From: a virus
Strand: one strand, 5' to 3'
Virus record (IMG/VR): IMGVR_UViG_3300027996_000008
DNA: 34,620 bases
The stretch's first letter is position 1. Each line of letters starts with the position of its first letter. The notes under the pieces are model-generated. The model did no database searches and was not told the origin of the DNA. It saw only the letters and a program-made list of their open reading frames with translations. Both the position numbers and the translations under genes were made by a program. Below are positions 1-8,354 of this stretch, in pieces.

Positions 1-53
1 ACAAAAATAAATAATCACATACAAATTTATTTATATAAGAGAGGTTTGAAAAA

Positions 54-272
54 ATGCCAATTAATTATATCAAATCATTATCAAAAAAACATAATATAAG
101 TGTTGAAAAACTTGAAAAAGAATGGGACAAAGCAAAAGATATTGCAAAAGAAGCTGATAGAAAAGATGATTTTGCTTATATTGTTGGAATATTCAAGAAA
201 TTAATAAGTAAATTTGGAATTAAAGAAAGTCTTTATATTGTTGAAGGAAAGATTTATTTTAATAAACTATAA
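54..272 (+). CDS. Small helical protein, possibly ChaB-like
   Basis: 72 aa with GAGAGG RBS; the pattern MP..I....K...S...LE..W.KAK..A.......FAY..GI.KK recalls ChaB-like phage proteins (from memory). Confidence 0.5.
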   Translation: MPINYIKSLSKKHNISVEKLEKEWDKAKDIAKEADRKDDFAYIVGIFKKLISKFGIKESLYIVEGKIYFNKL

Positions 273-445
273 TATTTTACATCTGTTTTATCTGTGCCCA
301 ATTTAATACGAATACAAAAATTATGAAAATTAATACAAAAATAAGGATTTAAATAAATTATATTAAACCAATCAACCCAGCGTATTCCACTTGATATAAG
401 TTTAATACCTTCATTTGATTTTTCAATCATCTTATTCAGTTTCAT
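254..445 (-). CDS. MKLN-family microprotein (63 aa)
   Basis: Begins MKLNKMIEKS at ATG 445, overlapping the TGA of the upstream 27-aa ORF (ATGA); an alternative start at 484 has an AAGGAG RBS. Confidence 0.6.
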   Translation of the reverse strand: MKLNKMIEKSNEGIKLISSGIRWVDWFNIIYLNPYFCINFHNFCIRIKLGTDKTDVKYYSLLK

Positions 446-525
446 AAGCTTACAACAACTATCATAACAAGAATCAATGAGCATATCCAAACTCCTTTTA
501 AAATTCTTGTTGTTGAAATTCTCAT
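442..525 (-). CDS. 27-aa putative single-pass membrane peptide (MRISTTRILKGVWICSLILVMIVVVSL)
   Basis: Translated by hand; GGAGGAG RBS, directly downstream of a sigma70 promoter, ATGA-coupled to the next ORF; not in the ORF track. Confidence 0.6.
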   Translation of the reverse strand: MRISTTRILKGVWICSLILVMIVVVSL

Positions 526-556
526 AATCTCCTCCAAAAATTAACAACCTAATTAA

Positions 557-584
557 ATTATAGTATATTTTATATAAATGTCAA
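557..584 (-). promoter_or_regulatory. Sigma70-type early promoter
   Basis: TTGACA-N16-TATAAT on the minus strand. Confidence 0.75.
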
Positions 585-602
585 GAGTTTTTTTGAAAGT
601 TT

Positions 603-2138
603 TTATATTTTAAAGGATTTTATATAATTATATGAGAGAATACTAGTAAAATTACCACTTAAAAATAAACTTGGATAATCTTCGCTTAATGATAAATCTA
701 TTTCATTAGAATCAAAATAAACTTTCCAATTATCATTTTCATAGATAAATTTTATTAAATCAAAACTAGCAATTGTTATATTATCAATAACAGTTTCAAC
801 AGAATCAAAATATTTAACTATTTCATATTGATTTGTTGTTGATGTACATCTAATATATACATAATTACCATCATAATCAGCAACACCACAAAGAATACAA
901 TCATTCTCATGTGAAAAAGAATTAATATTAATTTCAAAATGTTTAGGTCCTTGAATTCTTTCTTTTGCAAATATTTTTGTAATATTTTCAATTGTTGAAT
1001 TTGTAGATTTGACATATAGTGAATTATTGTATATATAAACTAAATCTGAAAAAGATTTATCTATTATATTTAATCCATTATAATTCTTCAATGAAAAATC
1101 ATTATATAATGATAAAATATTTGATGCATAATTATAATTTAATCTGTGTGTTGTCCAGATTTTCAATGTTTCTTTTTCATTTTTTGGAATTGATGAAACA
1201 TTAATTAAAATATTTCCTGTTTTTGCAATTCCAGAACCAGTTGGAACTAATTCATCTGAACAATATAATTCACCATTATCATACTCATAACAATAATCAA
1301 CTTCTATTCCAGAACTAGATATCACTTTTAATGTTTCTCCATATTCAGCTAATTCAGTTGATATATCTTCAATAACTAATATATCTGTTCTATCATAATC
1401 AACTTCTAACACTTCTATTTGCTTTATAAGAACGCTTTGATAATCACTAATACTTTGTATCACAGAATTGGTTATCGTGTCATCAAGGTCGTTTTCAAGG
1501 CTATATTGACTAGAATCTGTATATAAACTAATTTTAGTTGCTGCATATTTATCAACAATTGGAGGAAACATATATGAAACAAGATCAAATTCTAAATCAT
1601 ATTCATATAGATTCACACTTGTTGCTTCTTCTGTCAGTATATCTTCTGTGTTTTTTGTAATTCCTGTTAAAGTAATTGGGATATCAACTGTTAGATTCAT
1701 TTCAGGAATTAAATTGATTCTGACAACTTTTGTTGGTTGAAATTGAGGGACAATTTTTTCTAGAATTCTTGTCATATCAGAAAAATATCTTGTTCTGATT
1801 GTTAAAGTAATTGGCATTGCAACAGGTGTTGGATTTCCAATTGTTTTTAAAATGTCTACATGATCTGGTGATATTTGAACAATGTTTTTTGTTATTGTGT
1901 TTTTTTGTCTGTCTGGTAGTGGAACAATTTGTGTATTAACAACTGACATCGCAGGAAATACCATTCCAATACCATTCCTATTATCATTGTATTGTTGATA
2001 TGCCTTGCCTTTAGATCCATACACACAAGGAACATTTATTACGGACTTGTTTTTTCTTGTAATTGTAAAATCTGCAAATTGTAACATAAATGAAACTATG
2101 CTTTTTTTAATTGCTTCAAAATAAAATTCGTTGCTCAT
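603..2138 (-). CDS. gp15: Tail terminator/sheath stabilizer (T4 gp15-like) with a ~300-aa C-terminal extension
   Basis: N-terminal FYFEAIKKSIVSF..QF, VPCVYG, FPAMS, ILEKIVPQFQP, DIPITL, YMFPP match the gp15 pattern; likely start is ATG 2138 after GGTGG. Confidence 0.75.
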   Translation of the reverse strand: MSNEFYFEAIKKSIVSFMLQFADFTITRKNKSVINVPCVYGSKGKAYQQYNDNRNGIGMVFPAMSVVNTQIVPLPDRQKNTITKNIVQISPDHVDILKTIGNPTPVAMPITLTIRTRYFSDMTRILEKIVPQFQPTKVVRINLIPEMNLTVDIPITLTGITKNTEDILTEEATSVNLYEYDLEFDLVSYMFPPIVDKYAATKISLYTDSSQYSLENDLDDTITNSVIQSISDYQSVLIKQIEVLEVDYDRTDILVIEDISTELAEYGETLKVISSSGIEVDYCYEYDNGELYCSDELVPTGSGIAKTGNILINVSSIPKNEKETLKIWTTHRLNYNYASNILSLYNDFSLKNYNGLNIIDKSFSDLVYIYNNSLYVKSTNSTIENITKIFAKERIQGPKHFEININSFSHENDCILCGVADYDGNYVYIRCTSTTNQYEIVKYFDSVETVIDNITIASFDLIKFIYENDNWKVYFDSNEIDLSLSEDYPSLFLSGNFTSILSYNYIKSFKI

Positions 2139-2177
2139 TGTACCACCATTCAAAAATTAAAAAGTTAAAAAAATAAC

Positions 2178-2206
2178 TTGACTTTATTTATAAAATAGAT
2201 TATAAT
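2178..2206 (+). promoter_or_regulatory. Sigma70 promoter (+) containing an opposite-strand T4 late promoter (TATAAATA, 2185-2192)
   Basis: TTGACT-N17-TATAAT; the spacer contains TATTTATA. Confidence 0.75.
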
Positions 2207-2228
2207 AGTGATGTTTATTGTTAGTATA

Positions 2229-2330
2229 GGATTACACATGAAATTAAATAGAATGATTGAAAAATCAGATGAATATAGAAAATTTCTATCAAATGGATTG
2301 TATTTATTTATTAAAGATTTACATTTAAAT
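2229..2330 (+). repeat. 102-bp direct repeat, copy 1 (copy 2 at 7390..7491)
   Basis: Manual alignment: 6 mismatches in 102 bp. Confidence 0.9.
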
Positions 2331-2444
2331 CATAAAAAATTTATTTGGTTTAATAATGATTTTTTATGTAAATTTAGAATAATTGAATATTCATATTTAA
2401 ATATATTTAAAGATTATATAATAGAATCAGAGGAATATAAATGA
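2238..2444 (+). CDS. MKLN-family microprotein (68 aa)
   Basis: AGGA RBS then MKLNRMIEKS...LSNGLY; 5' half nearly identical to 7399..7584. Confidence 0.65.
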   Translation: MKLNRMIEKSDEYRKFLSNGLYLFIKDLHLNHKKFIWFNNDFLCKFRIIEYSYLNIFKDYIIESEEYK

Positions 2445-2638
2445 AATTAAATAGAATGATTGAAGAGTCTGGATATTTTTGTGGAATTAATTTTAATCAT
2501 TTATCAAATGGTTTGTATTTTTATAAAGGTTATGGTAATGCAAAATACTTATGTTTATGGAGTAATATTAATATCAATTTCAATTTAACTAAATTAGTTT
2601 TTAGATATGATGAACTTGATAGAATATCAATTCTCTAA
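2441..2638 (+). CDS. MKLN-family microprotein (65 aa)
   Basis: GAGGA RBS, ATGA overlap; first 24 nt identical to those of 2238..2444; LSNGLY motif. Confidence 0.65.
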   Translation: MKLNRMIEESGYFCGINFNHLSNGLYFYKGYGNAKYLCLWSNININFNLTKLVFRYDELDRISIL

Positions 2639-4549
2639 ATTAATCAACTTAAAATCATTTATTCCAGTTGTAGTATTATTAACAATAGTATTTCCAGAAT
2701 TGCTAACAATATTGTTTGCTTCACTAGATTGTTGAACAAAATCTTTATTTTTGGATAATTTCATAAAATCTTGTGCAAACTGTCTGTATTCTTGTGTGTA
2801 TCCTTCAACACCAGAAATTCCACCATTTTGATATGCAGAAAATGCACCTTGCTGATAGTTCATTTGCATCATGCCCCTATACAAAGCATTCATACTTTCT
2901 GACATGATGTTTTTAATGCTTCCAATCATATCATTTTTCATAAAATCTTCTATGTTTTTCAAATGTTCGGTTGCTGATTTAAAAAATGTATTTTGTTGAA
3001 TTGTTTTTTCGAGAATTTGTGATGTTTTTTCTTTTTGATTTGTTTGAATTTCAACTGTTTTCATTTCTGATTGTGATGTTGCATTTGGTATATCTTTCTT
3101 TCCTGTAAAGAAACTTTTTACACTAGATAGAAATCCACCAGATTTTTTTGGTTGTGTTGTTGGTTTTTCACTATCACCAAATGGATTCAACTTTTTAGCA
3201 ATATATTTAACTCTATCAATCATTGAAGAAAAAATATTTTTTAATCCTTCAAACATTTTTGGTAAAATTTCCCCAACCCAATCTATAAATTCACTAGCTT
3301 TTTCTTTTGTGTAACTCCAAGCTGAATTAATTTTCTCTGTGGACCATGCTAATAGTTTACTAGCAGCACTATCTTTATCTTTGAACATACTTCCTACAAA
3401 ATTTAATAAAAACCCTACAGCACCACCAATTAAAGCTCCAGCGACAGTACCAACAACAGGAACAACACTTCCAATTCCAGCACCTAATAATGCATATTTA
3501 CCTGCATTTTTTAATGAACTCATGATAGTTCCATCTAATTTTCCTAAGAACATTTGAGATAAACCACCAGAAATTCCACCTTCCTTAAATCCTTTCAAAA
3601 AATCATTGATGAACATAGCAATTCCACCAAAGATCATTGCACCACCAACCATTCTCAACAGTGTTCCACCAATTCCAGTCATTGCACCTGCACCAATTCC
3701 TCCAAGCAATCCACCAAAAAGATTCTTTGGAAACAATTTTCCTAAAAACCCCATGATTCCACCAGCTTTTTTCATTTTTTTCTCTTTTTCTGTGTTCTTG
3801 CTGATTTCATCAAGTGTTGATTGCATATTATCACTTTGTTTTTCTGATTCTGATTCAGACTCTTCCATTCTTTCAGCTTCTTTAGCTGTTTTAGTTTTTC
3901 TACCACCAAATACAAAAGATCCAATACCCATTAAGATTTTAACAAAACCTTTCAAAGGTTGAAAAACTAGATTTTTAAAAACTTCAAACAATGATTCTGC
4001 AGTTGAAACAATTGTTCCGATGACAGGAAGGAATTTTATAAAATCCCATGTTTTTAAGAATTCACCTTTTGCTTCTTTAAAGTATCCTAAAGTTTTTGCT
4101 TTCTTTGCTCTTTTCTCTTCATCTTTATCATATTCAGTCCACACATCTTTGAAGTCTTTTTCAGCTCGTTTACTATTTTCTTCATTCGTTTTTTCTTTAA
4201 TCTTTGCTCTTTTCAACATTGAATCTAATTCTTCATTTGAATTTTCTTGTTTTAGCTTTGCAAGTTCTTCTTCTTTTTCCATTTGTTCTTCAAGAAATTC
4301 TTTTCTTTTTTTATCATCTTCTTCTAGAATTTTTTGATAACCTTTTTTAGGATCAAAAAAACCAATTCCAAAGAATTCATCAACTGGTTTTTTAATATCT
4401 CCAGATGTCAATTGTTTTAAAACTTTGAGCTGTTCGGATGATATATCTAAAACTTTATCGCTTGCTGTAGTATTTTTCTTTAATTCTTTGCCTAATTTTG
4501 AAAATATTTTCGCTAAATCATTTAATTCTTTATTTGTTTTATCAACCAT
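2627..4549 (-). CDS. Putative tape measure / baseplate hub protein (gp29-like)
   Basis: Charged coiled-coil N-terminus, Gly-rich hydrophobic middle (GAGIGSVVPVVGTVAGALIGGAVG), aromatic-periodic helix; tail gene context. Confidence 0.6.
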   Translation of the reverse strand: MVDKTNKELNDLAKIFSKLGKELKKNTTASDKVLDISSEQLKVLKQLTSGDIKKPVDEFFGIGFFDPKKGYQKILEEDDKKRKEFLEEQMEKEEELAKLKQENSNEELDSMLKRAKIKEKTNEENSKRAEKDFKDVWTEYDKDEEKRAKKAKTLGYFKEAKGEFLKTWDFIKFLPVIGTIVSTAESLFEVFKNLVFQPLKGFVKILMGIGSFVFGGRKTKTAKEAERMEESESESEKQSDNMQSTLDEISKNTEKEKKMKKAGGIMGFLGKLFPKNLFGGLLGGIGAGAMTGIGGTLLRMVGGAMIFGGIAMFINDFLKGFKEGGISGGLSQMFLGKLDGTIMSSLKNAGKYALLGAGIGSVVPVVGTVAGALIGGAVGFLLNFVGSMFKDKDSAASKLLAWSTEKINSAWSYTKEKASEFIDWVGEILPKMFEGLKNIFSSMIDRVKYIAKKLNPFGDSEKPTTQPKKSGGFLSSVKSFFTGKKDIPNATSQSEMKTVEIQTNQKEKTSQILEKTIQQNTFFKSATEHLKNIEDFMKNDMIGSIKNIMSESMNALYRGMMQMNYQQGAFSAYQNGGISGVEGYTQEYRQFAQDFMKLSKNKDFVQQSSEANNIVSNSGNTIVNNTTTGINDFKLINLEN

Positions 4550-4554
4550 TTAGT

Positions 4555-4779
4555 TTATCTCCAACTTCTTTTCTTGCTAATGCTCTTTTTTCTTAGTCTA
4601 ATAATTGAAGACATTTTTGCTTTTCTTTTTCTTGCTGCTTTTTTTTGTGCTATTCGCCTTTTTCTTTGTTCATGTGAAGACATTCTAACTTCTTTACTCT
4701 TTCTAACAATTCTTGTTCTTTTAAGAGCCTCATCAATATCTGTTTTAATAATTAAAATATTATTTTCTAAAATTATCAT
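4555..4779 (-). CDS. Basic prohead core protein (T4 gp68-like)
   Basis: RMSSHEQRKRRIAQKKAARKRKAKMSSIIRLRKKS resembles the basic tail of gp68-like proteins; AAGGAG RBS; late promoter at 4813-4820. Confidence 0.6.
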   Translation of the reverse strand: MIILENNILIIKTDIDEALKRTRIVRKSKEVRMSSHEQRKRRIAQKKAARKRKAKMSSIIRLRKKSISKKRSWR

Positions 4780-4870
4780 GATTTTCTCCTTGTTTATTTT
4801 TTATTCTATATTTATTTATAAAATTGTTGACACTCACAATAAAATATATAAATTACATAAAATCAGACAA

Positions 4871-5056
4871 TTACGAATAATTATCAGGATCAAACCACCT
4901 TAGCAACCGTTGTTCATTTTTGAAAATACATGAACAACTCCATAAACAAATAGAATATATATCATATTTCAATCTAACAATACCATCAATATATTCATAC
5001 ACAAAATATCTATTATAAACAATTTTATTTTGTTCAATTAATTTGTTAAGTTTCAT
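4871..5056 (-). CDS. MKLN-family microprotein (61 aa)
   Basis: MKLNKLIEQ; ATGA overlap with the upstream gp51-like gene. Confidence 0.55.
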   Translation of the reverse strand: MKLNKLIEQNKIVYNRYFVYEYIDGIVRLKYDIYSICLWSCSCIFKNEQRLLRWFDPDNYS

Positions 5057-5220
5057 TTATTTTGTTCTTCAATTTTTTTTCTTCTTTCAACTGCTTTTGA
5101 TGAATAAATTATCAATTCAAAAGGAATTAATTGACAAACATCATTAACACTCCAACCCGTTATTTCACACGTTATATCCGTAATAGAGTACCATTCATCT
5201 ATGGTATCCGAGCCTATCAC
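5053..5220 (-). CDS. Baseplate hub assembly protein (gp51-like)
   Basis: GWSVNDVCQLIPFELIIY...ERRKKIEE pattern; follows the gp26-like gene; GTG start overlaps its TGA. Confidence 0.5.
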   Translation of the reverse strand: MIGSDTIDEWYSITDITCEITGWSVNDVCQLIPFELIIYSSKAVERRKKIEEQNK

Positions 5221-6002
5221 GATATGCTGAAAAAATGCATGATATTGTCCATGATAGCATGATTTTCTGTTCCACACACATCACAATCAAAAATATTTTT
5301 CCATTCTAACATTGGTGGATTTTCAACATGATCAACTAGAGCTTTAATTTGAATGTTTGTTAAATGTTGAAGAAATGTTCTTTTTGATTCTAAAGATAGG
5401 TTATCATTTAATTCACCATCTTTATCTTCAATTGCATTGATGAATGATGCATAGTAATTTGTTGTTTCATCACCAGTCTCAATCTCACTTCCAAACATTC
5501 CTGCATTTTGAAACAATACATTGAATGTAAAAGAATTAATATGAAAAATAACAAAATTTTCTTCATCAAATTCTATTTTAATTTTTTCAGTGTCTTTATT
5601 TTCTGCATTAACCAATTCACAATCATCCAATTTAAAAACTAATTCTTTGTTTCCACTACATTCCCTTGATCTACAGTTATAGATAAATCTAGTTTCTTCA
5701 CCTTTGCTAATTTCTCTAATATACAACATCATGTAAATATAATCTGCAATATGTAATTTTCTAATATCTACTCTATCGCCTGTAACACTTTCTTTTACAC
5801 ACGATTGTAAAATATCGTTTAACGCTGATAACATTTTCTTTGTTCCACCTTTTTTCACTTTGTCTAGATCTTTCACAATCAATAATAAATTTTTCATTGA
5901 TCCGTGTTTGAATGGTGTAACTTTAATTTCCATTTTTGACAATGGTAAGGTGATTAGATGATTTGATTCTGGAATTAATGATAATAAATCTTTTTTAGAC
6001 AT
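5217..6002 (-). CDS. Baseplate hub assembly chaperone (gp26-like)
   Basis: ITLPLSKMEIKVTPF, LYIREISKGE, CxxxxC and CxxC Zn ligands, ends in HFF; GGAGG RBS. Confidence 0.75.
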   Translation of the reverse strand: MSKKDLLSLIPESNHLITLPLSKMEIKVTPFKHGSMKNLLLIVKDLDKVKKGGTKKMLSALNDILQSCVKESVTGDRVDIRKLHIADYIYMMLYIREISKGEETRFIYNCRSRECSGNKELVFKLDDCELVNAENKDTEKIKIEFDEENFVIFHINSFTFNVLFQNAGMFGSEIETGDETTNYYASFINAIEDKDGELNDNLSLESKRTFLQHLTNIQIKALVDHVENPPMLEWKNIFDCDVCGTENHAIMDNIMHFFSIS

Positions 6003-6041
6003 GTTTATGTACCTCCTAATAAATGTTTCTAAGTATATTTA

Positions 6042-6890
6042 TTAAACTAAAACATTTTGATTTGTTGCTAAAGCATCTTGATTTGTAGTTTGTTTTTTAT
6101 TTAAACCATATTTAACTCTATCATACTGAAATGTTAATGTTATATTTTTTACAGATGAAGCTATATTTCCTACAGTTATATCACTAACAGATGAAATTAT
6201 GCAATTTTCAAATGTGATGATTTTTCCAAAATCATCATCGTTTAAACTATTTGCTATAAAAACTCTTATTTTTGGAAATTCATAATTTTTTCTATATCCA
6301 TATCTGCCAGTATCAAAATCTTTCATTTCATTTATAACAGATAAAATTCCATTGTAAACTATCATGTCTGAATCTATCCATACACTAATAGTAAAATCAC
6401 CAGGAATAACATTTGAAATATCAGGATTTTTTGAATGAAATAGTGGATTATTTGTTGTTTCAATTTCTATACTTGGAAGTGAAACTTCATTAGTTAAAAA
6501 TTTCAACATTTTTAAAGATTCAGACCAATCAGATGTAGAAATTGCTGTATTAGTTCCAAAATCGATTGCCCATCTATTCAGGAAATTAAATCCATATTTG
6601 TCAAAATTCTTTTTTATATCATTAAAATGTGTTGATTTAGATACTTTTTTAGGTTTTAATTTCTTAGAATTTTTTTCATTTTCATTCAAATTAGAAACGA
6701 TAAAATCAGCACTATCATTTTCTTTTTTAAATAATGATGTAATTGCTTTACCAGTAGCAGATATTAATTTACCACCACCAGCAATTGCTAGTGTTTGAAG
6801 TATCAATTTACCTGTCTTGTCTGCATATGTTATATCAGCTTCACCAACAATTGACTTTATGTATTCAAGATTTCTTTGTAATAGTGTCAT
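6042..6890 (-). CDS. Tail tube-fold baseplate protein (gp54/gp48-like)
   Basis: NRWAIDF, EVSLPSIEIET, FTISVWID, GRYGYRKNY, ITLTFQYD tube-fold motifs. Confidence 0.6.
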   Translation of the reverse strand: MTLLQRNLEYIKSIVGEADITYADKTGKLILQTLAIAGGGKLISATGKAITSLFKKENDSADFIVSNLNENEKNSKKLKPKKVSKSTHFNDIKKNFDKYGFNFLNRWAIDFGTNTAISTSDWSESLKMLKFLTNEVSLPSIEIETTNNPLFHSKNPDISNVIPGDFTISVWIDSDMIVYNGILSVINEMKDFDTGRYGYRKNYEFPKIRVFIANSLNDDDFGKIITFENCIISSVSDITVGNIASSVKNITLTFQYDRVKYGLNKKQTTNQDALATNQNVLV

Positions 6891-6916
6891 TTTTGTATTC
6901 CTCTAATAATAATATT

Positions 6917-6962
6917 TATTTATAAAAAAATGTTTGACTTAAATAGTTTTTTAATGTATACT
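6917..6962. promoter_or_regulatory. Back-to-back late promoter (-, 6917-6924) and sigma70 promoter (+, 6934-6962)
   Basis: TATTTATA followed by TTGACT-N17-TATACT. Confidence 0.7.
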
Positions 6963-6993
6963 TATATAGTATTGATTATTATTGGATAATTAT

Positions 6994-7221
6994 ATGAAAT
7001 TGAATAAATGTTTTGAAAATCAAGAATGGAACAAATATAAAAAAATATATGTTTCAAAATCATTTGATTGCTACATTGAAAATCCAAATATTTCTTTACT
7101 GATATCAGATATATGGTTGAATCTTACTGATTATAATTGTTGCATTTTTTACAATTGCTGGAAGTCATATAGTTTTTTATTTAATATTGAAAGAGGAGAT
7201 AATTATAATGAAACTGAATAA
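6994..7221 (+). CDS. MKLN-family microprotein (75 aa)
   Basis: GGA RBS, MKLNKCFE; first gene of a four-gene array. Confidence 0.6.
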   Translation: MKLNKCFENQEWNKYKKIYVSKSFDCYIENPNISLLISDIWLNLTDYNCCIFYNCWKSYSFLFNIERGDNYNETE

Positions 7222-7402
7222 GCGATTTGATAAAAAATATCATAAAATTTATTATCAAAACAACTTAATAATTGAATTTAAAATATATCTATGTATTACA
7301 ACTAATATTTATATTTCATTTGGTGGTTACAAATGGTATTTACAGTTTGGAATGTATAGAGAAGAAAGTTCACCATTAGAAAACTATAAGGATTACAAAT
7401 GA
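7208..7402 (+). CDS. MKLN-family microprotein (64 aa)
   Basis: GAGGAG RBS, MKLNKRFD; ends NYKDYK. Confidence 0.65.
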   Translation: MKLNKRFDKKYHKIYYQNNLIIEFKIYLCITTNIYISFGGYKWYLQFGMYREESSPLENYKDYK

Positions 7403-7594
7403 AATTAAATAAAATGATTGAAAAATCAAAAAAATATAGAAAATTTCTATCAAATGGATTGTATTTATTTACTAAAGATTTACATTTAAATTATCGTGTT
7501 TATATACATTTATTTTTATCAAAAAAATTTATTGTTGTTACTTATAAAAAATATACAAGTAACAACTATAAGGATTACATATGAAATTAAATAA
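7382..7594 (+). repeat. 31-bp junction repeat AACTATAAGGATTACAWATGAAATTAAATAA at 7382-7412 and 7564-7594
   Basis: 1 mismatch, 182-bp period; spans stop, RBS and start of adjacent microgenes. Confidence 0.9.
7399..7584 (+). CDS. MKLN-family microprotein (61 aa)
   Basis: ATGA overlap, MKLNKMIEKS...LSNGLY; ends NYKDYI. Confidence 0.65.
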   Translation: MKLNKMIEKSKKYRKFLSNGLYLFTKDLHLNYRVYIHLFLSKKFIVVTYKKYTSNNYKDYI

Positions 7595-7775
7595 GATATA
7601 TGAACATAATTGTAAATTCAAATATATGAGAAATTTTTGTATATTTACTAACTCTATAATATTTTCAGATTTAAGTATATATTTCTATCATTATAACTCT
7701 GTTTTATATGGAACAAACTTTAAAAGATATATTATAAATACGAATGATTATAATGAACCTATAGCTCATTATTAA
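7581..7775 (+). CDS. MKLN-family microprotein (64 aa)
   Basis: ATGA overlap, MKLNKIYE. Confidence 0.65.
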   Translation: MKLNKIYEHNCKFKYMRNFCIFTNSIIFSDLSIYFYHYNSVLYGTNFKRYIINTNDYNEPIAHY

Positions 7776-7814
7776 AAAACTGTTTTTGTTGTTCAAATCG
7801 ATGATATGGAACTC

Positions 7815-8240
7815 TTAGACTATGTTTTTGATTAACTTCTGAACGTTAAATATGAATTCATCAGAATATTCCTGCGAAATAACCTTGATTGATCTTTTTG
7901 CATTGTTTTCAGAAACAAGAATATTCCAATTTGCTGTTGAATCAACTAATTCACCTTTTGCAATCAGATATGAATAATAATCTTTTAATTCTTTGTTAGA
8001 TAATGCCCAATCATAAAATGGATCAACAAAATCATTAACAAGAAAAAATATCCACCAATAATCAGTTGATCCATATAATATATTTGATAGTATTTCGGGT
8101 GTTTCACCGTCTTTTACATCATAATCAACAACAACATCATCGTTAATAAAATTAGACACATTAATTGATCTTGTTAGATTTATTATTTCGTGACCATTTG
8201 TGGTTGTTGTTTTTTCAAAGAAATCTGAAAAGTAATTCAT
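7815..8240 (-). CDS. gp53: Baseplate wedge protein gp53 (LysM-like)
   Basis: YDVKDGETPEILSNILYGSTDYWWIFFLVNDFVDPFYDW. Confidence 0.85.
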   Translation of the reverse strand: MNYFSDFFEKTTTTNGHEIINLTRSINVSNFINDDVVVDYDVKDGETPEILSNILYGSTDYWWIFFLVNDFVDPFYDWALSNKELKDYYSYLIAKGELVDSTANWNILVSENNAKRSIKVISQEYSDEFIFNVQKLIKNIV

Positions 8241-8286
8241 TGTTTATACCGTTTTTTATAATTTTTATAATTTTATTTATTTTTTC

Positions 8287-8315
8287 TTGACATTTGATTA
8301 TTTTTATGTGATAAT
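8287..8315 (+). promoter_or_regulatory. Sigma70-type early promoter
   Basis: TTGACA-N17-GATAAT with an extended TGn. Confidence 0.7.
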
Positions 8316-8354
8316 AGTATTGTAAGTTATTGGATAAAATTAAAGGAGAATTAG

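Noticed and set aside
4827-4854. Orphan plus-strand sigma70 promoter antisense to the MKLN gene at 4871-5056
   Set aside because: TTGACA is perfect but the -10 (TAAATT, 16-bp spacer) is mediocre and no downstream plus-strand gene is evident; not supportable without TSS data.
3339-4903. Plus-strand ORFs 3339-3557, 3606-3962, 4020-4337 and 4574-4903 (and similar ones such as 14385-14807, 19126-19407, 30752-31063, 33158-33817)
   Set aside because: Antisense shadows of well-supported minus-strand genes, with mirror-image composition and no independent support.
7390-7491. DGR template/variable repeat pair: 5 of the 6 mismatches with 2229-2330 fall on adenines of this copy
   Set aside because: One mismatch is C/T, the sequence is very A-rich so the bias is weak, the repeat is at gene 5' ends, and no reverse transcriptase is in the window. 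Worth revisiting only if an RT is found elsewhere.
6994-7775. CRISPR array
   Set aside because: Repeats are degenerate and non-palindromic, the spacers exceed 150 bp and are open reading frames, and no cas genes are present.
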